In this document: one piece after another, positions 58,306-64,000 of the stretch
How positions within the stretch are numbered: position 1 is the first letter of the stretch
Layout of the letters: the number at the start of each line of letters is the position of its first letter
Source of the DNA: Thermodesulfobacteriota bacterium
GTDB lineage: Bacteria > Desulfobacterota_D > UBA1144
Length of the DNA: 64,000 bases
Assembly: GCA_036340075.1 (NCBI GenBank)
Contig: JAYYZJ010000012.1
Location: 32,001-96,000, forward strand
Direction: 5' to 3'
The notes under the pieces: model-generated
Told to the model about the DNA's origin: nothing
Databases searched by the model: none
What the model saw: the letters and a program-made list of their open reading frames with translations, nothing else
Made by a program: the position numbers and the translations under genes

Positions 58306-59548
58306 AATATACGAAGATTTTTTAGCTTCGACAAAAATTTATACTTTACTTGAATCTCATGGAGTTTCTACAAAGAAATTCTCTTTAATTGATGAGAAAT
58401 TACAATATATACTTGAAAAAGCTGTTAGCGAGGAAGAAATTACCAGAGATGAGGCCTTAATTTTAAGTAAGGTGTCGACTAGCCAAATACCGTTTTTGAT
58501 GGCAGCTGCAAATTATCTTAGAGAAAAACACAAAGGAAATCTAATTACTTTTTCGAAGAATATCTTTATTCCTTTAACTCAATTGTGTAGAGACCAATGC
58601 TCTTATTGTACTTTTAAAATTGAACCAGACGAAGGAGATTTATTGATTGAACCAGAAGATGTTTTGAAATCAGCCAAAAAGGCAGTTGAATTAGGCTGTA
58701 CAGAATTATTGTTTGTTTCAGGTGACAGACCTGAAAACATGTATGATGTCTATCGAAAAAAGCTTGATAGTATGGGATACAAATCCACTGCTGATTATAT
58801 GATAGGAATGAGTGAAATTTGCTTAGAAGAAGGGATATTTCCTCATTCGAATCTTGGTATAGCTAAAATAGATGAACTAAAAAGATTTAAGAACTCTAAT
58901 CCAAGCATGGGATTAATGCTGGAGAATGTCAGCGAAAGATTAATGGAGCCAGGAGAAGCTCATTATAGATGCCCAGATAAATATCCACGAGCCAGAATTA
59001 AAACAATTTCAAATGCTGGCGAACTTAATATACCATGGACCTCAGGAATTCTAATTGGAATTGGAGAAAATTGGGAAGAAAGGATTGATTCAATCTATGA
59101 ATTAAGAAGAATTAATGATAAGTACGGACATATCCAGGAGATTATAATTCAAAATTTTACTCCTAAGCCAGGAATTCAAATGGAAGGACATCCAGCACCG
59201 ACAGATTTTGAAATGATTAAAACTGTTGCTATAGCAAAGATTGTAATGGGCCCAAAAATGAACATTCAGGTTCCACCAAATCTGAATTCACAGACCTATA
59301 TGCTTCATATATCTTCTGGTGTTAACGATTTAGGTGGTGTTTCACCTATCACTATAGATTATGTAAATCCGGAATCTCCTTGGCCTCAAATAGATTTAAT
59401 GGAAAAAGAAATATCAGAATTCGGCTTCCATTTAAGAGAAAGATTACCGGTATACCCAGATTTCTTAAATAAAAAGTTTCTTAATGAAGACATTTACAAT
59501 AAAGCTGTTAGCTTTGTTGATCATACTGGATATGTAACAGAAAATTAG
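58289..59548 (+). CDS. cofG: FO synthase subunit CofG
   Basis: TFSKNIFIPLTQLCRDQCSYC, SMGLMLE, CPDK.P..R, IQEIIIQNF, QVPPNL and GGVSP..IDYVNPE.PWP. Confidence 0.94.
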   Translation: MISLDKIYEDFLASTKIYTLLESHGVSTKKFSLIDEKLQYILEKAVSEEEITRDEALILSKVSTSQIPFLMAAANYLREKHKGNLITFSKNIFIPLTQLCRDQCSYCTFKIEPDEGDLLIEPEDVLKSAKKAVELGCTELLFVSGDRPENMYDVYRKKLDSMGYKSTADYMIGMSEICLEEGIFPHSNLGIAKIDELKRFKNSNPSMGLMLENVSERLMEPGEAHYRCPDKYPRARIKTISNAGELNIPWTSGILIGIGENWEERIDSIYELRRINDKYGHIQEIIIQNFTPKPGIQMEGHPAPTDFEMIKTVAIAKIVMGPKMNIQVPPNLNSQTYMLHISSGVNDLGGVSPITIDYVNPESPWPQIDLMEKEISEFGFHLRERLPVYPDFLNKKFLNEDIYNKAVSFVDHTGYVTEN

Positions 59549-59555
59549 GTTTATT

Positions 59556-60743
59556 ATGGAAAAAGAATTAAGAAAAGTTTTAGATGAAATTGAGAACAAC
59601 AGAGTCAAAGGGTCAGACTATATACTGTCAAAATCAACTGAAGAGATTGCGAACATTATAACCAAACCTTTAAATGATAGTGAGATCACGCAGGAGGAAG
59701 CAGAAAAGTTATTTCTTATTGATAAAAATATCGACCTATCAGCATTAGTTGTGATTGCTGATAATATACGAAAAGAGGATGTTGGTGAAGATGTTACCTA
59801 TGTTGTAAATAGAAATATTAATTTTACTAATATATGTAACACATACTGTGGTTTTTGTAATTTTATGGCGCCAGAAGGTGACCCTAGAGCATATTTCCTT
59901 ACAATGGATGAAATCAAAGAGAAGGTGCTAGAAGCTAAAGAGAATCATGCTACAGAAGTTTGCATGCAAGGTGGAATGCACCCTGACATAGATGGAGATT
60001 TTTATATTCAAATTATTAAAAGTGTAAAAGAAGCTGTACCTGATATGCACACGCATTGCTTCTCGCCTTTTGAAGTTCATTATGGAGCTGAAACATTAGG
60101 TATAGAAATAGGTGATTTTGTTAAGAGACTTAAGGAGGTAGGACATGGTACTTTCCCAGGGACAGCAGCTGAGATTTTAAGTGAAGATGTAAGAAAAATA
60201 ATAGCCCCAGGGAAAATTACTACTGATGAGTGGATTGATACTATAAAAGAAATTCATAAAGCTGACATGAAAACAACATCAACAATTATGTATGGCCATG
60301 TTGATAAGCCCTTTCATTGGGCCAAGCATTTTAATATTATAAGAAATATACAAAAAGAAACAGGTGGAATTACCGAATTTGTACCCTTAAGATTTATTCC
60401 TTGGGATACAAGAATTTTTAAGAAAGGTATTGCCAGAGAGGGTCCAACAGACTTGGATCAATTAAAAATGTATGCTGTAGCCAGATTATTTTTTAGAGGA
60501 TGGATTAACAATATTCAAGTTTCATGGGTCAAGCAAGGTCCAGAATTCGCTCAATATTGCCTAACAGCTGGGGCAAACGATTTTGGTGGAACCCTTATGG
60601 AAGAGAAAATAACTACAGCGGCAGGGGGTAAATACGGGCAGTATTTTCCTCCAGAAGAATTTAGACGACTTACTAATGAAATTAACAGAAGACCCGTAGA
60701 AAGGTCAACTACATATGAATATCTAAAAGTATTCGAAAATTAA
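59556..60743 (+). CDS. cofH: FO synthase subunit CofH
   Basis: TYVVNRNINFTNICNTYCGFC, EVCMQGG, PGTAAEIL, NIQVSWVK and GGTLMEE; adjacent to cofG. Confidence 0.92.
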   Translation: MEKELRKVLDEIENNRVKGSDYILSKSTEEIANIITKPLNDSEITQEEAEKLFLIDKNIDLSALVVIADNIRKEDVGEDVTYVVNRNINFTNICNTYCGFCNFMAPEGDPRAYFLTMDEIKEKVLEAKENHATEVCMQGGMHPDIDGDFYIQIIKSVKEAVPDMHTHCFSPFEVHYGAETLGIEIGDFVKRLKEVGHGTFPGTAAEILSEDVRKIIAPGKITTDEWIDTIKEIHKADMKTTSTIMYGHVDKPFHWAKHFNIIRNIQKETGGITEFVPLRFIPWDTRIFKKGIAREGPTDLDQLKMYAVARLFFRGWINNIQVSWVKQGPEFAQYCLTAGANDFGGTLMEEKITTAAGGKYGQYFPPEEFRRLTNEINRRPVERSTTYEYLKVFEN

Positions 60744-60787
60744 TCCTTAACTTGTTGATTTAAAAATTTGGTATAAGATTTAACTAA

Positions 60788-61429
60788 ATGAGTTTTCTCA
60801 AAGACATAAGAGCTGATATCTCTGCTGCCAAAGAGAGAGATCCTGCTGCAAGAAATATATTAGAGATTCTGATTAGTTATCCAGGTTTTCATGCAATTGC
60901 ATGGCACAGACTGTCAAACTTTTTATGGAGACACGGATTACATCTAATAGCGAGAATTATTTCCAATATTCTTAGAACTTTAACTGGAGTAGAAATTCAT
61001 CCAGCTGCAAAAATCCAACAGGGTTTTTTTATAGATCATGGTATGGGAGTTGTAATCGGAGAAACAACAGAGATAGGTAATAATGTAACTATATACCAAG
61101 GTGTTACTTTGGGTGGAGTAAGTATAAAAAAAGGAAAAAGACATCCAACAATTGGAAATAATGTAATTATTGGAGCAGGTAGTAAAATTCTAGGACCTTT
61201 AATTATAGGAGATAATTCAAAGATAGGTGCAAATTCTGTAGTTATAAATGATATACCAAAGAATTCCACAGTTGTTGGTATCCCCGGAAAAGTTGTTAGT
61301 CAAACTTCTTCATCTGCCGAGCCTGATTTGTCTCATAATAAATTAGTTGATCCAAGCGCAGAAGAAATTCTAAAACTTAACGAAGAAATTAAAAAAATAA
61401 AGGAAGAACTAAGAAAATTACAACCCTAG
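60788..61429 (+). CDS. cysE: Serine O-acetyltransferase
   Basis: RDPAA, EIHPAA, FIDHG, QGVTLGG and KRHP. Confidence 0.95.
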   Translation: MSFLKDIRADISAAKERDPAARNILEILISYPGFHAIAWHRLSNFLWRHGLHLIARIISNILRTLTGVEIHPAAKIQQGFFIDHGMGVVIGETTEIGNNVTIYQGVTLGGVSIKKGKRHPTIGNNVIIGAGSKILGPLIIGDNSKIGANSVVINDIPKNSTVVGIPGKVVSQTSSSAEPDLSHNKLVDPSAEEILKLNEEIKKIKEELRKLQP

Positions 61430-62431
61430 TTTTTCTTCAAAACCCAGGAGAAGGTTCATATTTTGCACAGCCTGACCAGAGGCACCTTTAACCAAATTGT
61501 CTATAACTGAGGATACCAAAAGGGTTTTTTTATCGTGAAAGAGTTTCATTCCTATGTTGCAGAAATTAGTAGATTGAACATCCTTTAAAGTGGGAAGTGA
61601 TTTTTTGTAAACTTTTACGAAATAAGATTTCGAATAAAATTCATCAAATAATTTGAATGTCTTTTTTATATCCACAACCTTGCTGCTTTTAATATATATA
61701 TTTGACATTATACCTCTAGTAACTGGAAGCAGATGCGGCACCATAAGGATATTGATTTTTTTATTGGAAATTTTGTAAATCATACTCTCAATTTCTGGCA
61801 TATGCCTGTGAACTCCAGCATTATAAATAGATAAATTTTCATTTGCTTCAGAGAAAATATGTTGTACTTTACCGCTTCTACCTGCACCAGAGATACCTGA
61901 CTTACAATCCACAATTATTGAATCATTTTTTTTAATTGTTTTGATGATTGGAGCAAGTCCTAATAAGATTGAAGTTGCATAACAGCCAGGATTTGCAATG
62001 TTCTTTTTTGAATCAAATTCTTTTCCATTAATCTCGGGTATTAAATATTGGAAATTTTTATAATCCTTTTCATTTTTTCTATTTTTATACCATTTGTCAT
62101 TCAACCTTTTTGATAATCTATAATCTGCACTTAAATCAATAATTAGTGCATCCATTTTTTTTATTTTTTTCAAAATTGAATCAAGCTGGCCATTGGGGAG
62201 ACAGCTAAATATGACATCTATATTTTTTATTTGATAAATATCCGAATTCTTTCTTATTTTAAGATTCTTCTTAAATTTTAAATTTGGCAAAAAGGTACTA
62301 ATATTTTTTCCATGGTGAGTATTAGCTCCGAGAAAAAGTATTTCTGCTCTTGGGTGTTTCTCTAAAATTCTTACTAGTTCCATACCTGTATAACCGGTAG
62401 ATCCAATTATTCCTATTTTTACTTTCTCCAT
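61418..62431 (-). CDS. argC: N-acetyl-gamma-glutamyl-phosphate reductase
   Basis: GSTGYTG.EL, DLSADYR, ANPGCY, SGISGAG, HRH.PE and [11 protein letters not shown]. Confidence 0.96.
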   Translation of the reverse strand: MEKVKIGIIGSTGYTGMELVRILEKHPRAEILFLGANTHHGKNISTFLPNLKFKKNLKIRKNSDIYQIKNIDVIFSCLPNGQLDSILKKIKKMDALIIDLSADYRLSKRLNDKWYKNRKNEKDYKNFQYLIPEINGKEFDSKKNIANPGCYATSILLGLAPIIKTIKKNDSIIVDCKSGISGAGRSGKVQHIFSEANENLSIYNAGVHRHMPEIESMIYKISNKKINILMVPHLLPVTRGIMSNIYIKSSKVVDIKKTFKLFDEFYSKSYFVKVYKKSLPTLKDVQSTNFCNIGMKLFHDKKTLLVSSVIDNLVKGASGQAVQNMNLLLGFEEKLGL

Positions 62432-62535
62432 GATGGTGACATTATCATGCAATTTTTATAAATTCAATCGTTTGAAATCTATCTCTTAAAGTGTAGTATT
62501 AACAAAGCAAAATCTATATCTTGTCAGGAGATATT

Positions 62536-63546
62536 ATGTCATCTATAAAAATAGGTATTAATGGATTTGGGAGAATAGGAAGGCATCTTTTAAGGATAGC
62601 ACTTAATTCAAAAGAGATTGAAGTTGTAGCAGTTAACGATATTGCTGACATTAAAACTTGTTCTCACTTACTAAAGTATGACTCAGTTTTTGGGGTATTA
62701 GACAAACCAGTTGAATTTGATGATAACGGAATTACTGTAGACGGTAATACGATTAAGTTTTTTTCCGAGAGGTCACCAGACAAGATAGATTGGTCATCAA
62801 CAAATTGTCAGATTGTTGTTGAGTCTACTGGAATCTTTACAAGTCAGGAACAAGCATCTTTGCACCTTAATGGTTCTGTAGAAAAGGTTATTATTTCAGC
62901 ACCATCGAGTGGACCTGTTGACTTTACAACTGTAATGGGCGCTAACGATGATTTGTATGAGCCTAATAAGCATCACATTATTTCTAATGCTTCTTGCACA
63001 ACAAATTGTCTTGCAATAATTACCAAAGTGCTACGAGATAATTTTGGTTTAGATAGTGGTCATATGACAACTATTCATTCCTACACCAATGATCAAAGGA
63101 TAATTGATTCTCCACATAAAGATATAAGAAGAGCAAGAGCAGGAGCATTGTCTATGATTCCTACTAGTACTGGAGCTACAAAAGCTATCGAAGAAATTTT
63201 CCCTGAACTAAAGGGAAATTTATCCGCAATATCGATTAGAGTTCCTACCCCAAATGTTTCTATAGTCGATTTTGTTGCTAAATTATCAAAGAAAGTATCG
63301 ATTGATGAATTAAACCAAGCTTTTATTGATTCTTCACAAGGACCTCTAGCTGATTATCTTGATATTGCACCAGAAGGTGCAGTCTCAATTGATTTACTTA
63401 GAAATAAGCACTCAGCGGTTTACGATCCCTTTGGGGCTAGAGTTATCGGAGATGACTTTATAAAGATAATCGCTTGGTACGATAATGAGTATGGATATTC
63501 TTCTAGAGTTTTAGATTTAGCAATTAAAATCGGAAAATTATTGTGA
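62536..63546 (+). CDS. gap: Type I glyceraldehyde-3-phosphate dehydrogenase
   Basis: INGFGRIGR, ASCTTNC, RVPT and WYDNE. AGGAG RBS. Confidence 0.97.
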   Translation: MSSIKIGINGFGRIGRHLLRIALNSKEIEVVAVNDIADIKTCSHLLKYDSVFGVLDKPVEFDDNGITVDGNTIKFFSERSPDKIDWSSTNCQIVVESTGIFTSQEQASLHLNGSVEKVIISAPSSGPVDFTTVMGANDDLYEPNKHHIISNASCTTNCLAIITKVLRDNFGLDSGHMTTIHSYTNDQRIIDSPHKDIRRARAGALSMIPTSTGATKAIEEIFPELKGNLSAISIRVPTPNVSIVDFVAKLSKKVSIDELNQAFIDSSQGPLADYLDIAPEGAVSIDLLRNKHSAVYDPFGARVIGDDFIKIIAWYDNEYGYSSRVLDLAIKIGKLL

Positions 63547-64000
63547 ACAAAAAAAAGGTTATTTCAGACTTACCAAAATCTTTTTTTAAAGAAAAAAAAG
63601 TTTTCGTCAGAGTAGACTTTAATGTTCCGATAAATACAAAAGATCAATCTATAAGAGAAGACTATAGAATTAGAAGAGCTATTCCAACTATAGATTATTT
63701 GCTAGATTGTGGTGCAAAAGTGATATTGGGATCACATCTAGGTAGGCCAGATGGCAACATTGTTAAAAAACTGTCTTTGGAAATTGTTGCAAAAAGATTG
63801 TCTGATTTATTAAATAAGGAAGTAATTTTTTGCAAAGATTTTATAAAAGAAGATCTTGCAAATAAAATGGATAACTTTCCAGAATCATCTGTAATTATGT
63901 TAGAAAACTTAAGGTTTCACAAAGAAGAGACCTCCAATAATGATGAATTTTCAAATTATTTAAGTTCATTGGCTGATGTGTATGTCAATGAAGCATTTGG
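63543..64000 (+). CDS. pgk: Phosphoglycerate kinase, 5' part (runs off window end)
   Basis: Manual translation from GTG 63543 gives RVDFNVP, SHLGRP, LENLRF and YVNEAF. Confidence 0.95.
   Translation, partial: MNKKKVISDLPKSFFKEKKVFVRVDFNVPINTKDQSIREDYRIRRAIPTIDYLLDCGAKVILGSHLGRPDGNIVKKLSLEIVAKRLSDLLNKEVIFCKDFIKEDLANKMDNFPESSVIMLENLRFHKEETSNNDEFSNYLSSLADVYVNEAF

Noticed and set aside
59540..59560. Possible frameshifted fused fbiC pseudogene
   Set aside because: Both halves are complete ORFs with their own start and stop; no slippery site is evident.
59556..60743. Possible MqnC/MqnE (futalosine pathway) identity
   Set aside because: Related radical-SAM family, but adjacency to cofG/cofD/cofE and the NRNINFTN and NIQVSWVK motifs favour CofH.
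1..64000. CRISPR arrays, tRNA/rRNA, IS elements, prophage or defence genes
   Set aside because: No repeat-spacer pattern, cloverleaf or mobility/defence motif seen, and intergenic space is too small. mazG here is the housekeeping two-domain type.

Overview
A densely packed, very AT-rich (roughly 30% GC by eye, not computed) chromosomal segment from a streamlined Gram-negative bacterium. It is almost entirely housekeeping and metabolic genes; I saw no tRNA/rRNA, integrase/transposase, phage gene or CRISPR array. Gene content and order look deltaproteobacterial-like and would fit a marine Candidatus Dadabacteria-type genome, but that is an unverified inference. Contents in order: the dcw cluster (mraZ-rsmH-ftsL-ftsI-murE-murF-mraY-murD-ftsW-murG-murC'); an MBL hydrolase; murJ-aroQ-recJ; an outer-membrane protein; trkAH-ribF-aroE-thrC-thiE; a deoxyhypusine-synthase-like gene; an aminotransferase and M48 peptidase; a putative phosphate-uptake module (PiT-like permease, small peptide, OprP/O-like porin); an FAD-linked oxidase; a probable major porin; tolC; purH; a peptidoglycan-salvage operon (murQ-anmK-nagZ-sodium:solute symporter); erpA, an M24 peptidase and mazG; aroA-cmk-ispH-sppA-lapA-lipA-apgM; DUF1152, AEC transporter, doxX, pgi, fabH; a cobalamin-riboswitch-controlled TonB receptor transcribed divergently from a coenzyme F420 operon (cofD-cofE-cofG-cofH); cysE, argC, gap and pgk'. 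The most notable observations are: the F420 operon (split cofG/cofH, single-domain cofE, no cofC in the window); the salvage operon with an SSS transporter in place of AmpG/PTS; a recurrent TANNNT-N6/7-start signature suggesting widespread leaderless mRNAs, together with no rpsA at its usual cmk/ispH position; a probable non-canonical ATA/ATT start for murJ; and several unannotated small proteins. All product calls come from motif recognition by eye, with no database searches.
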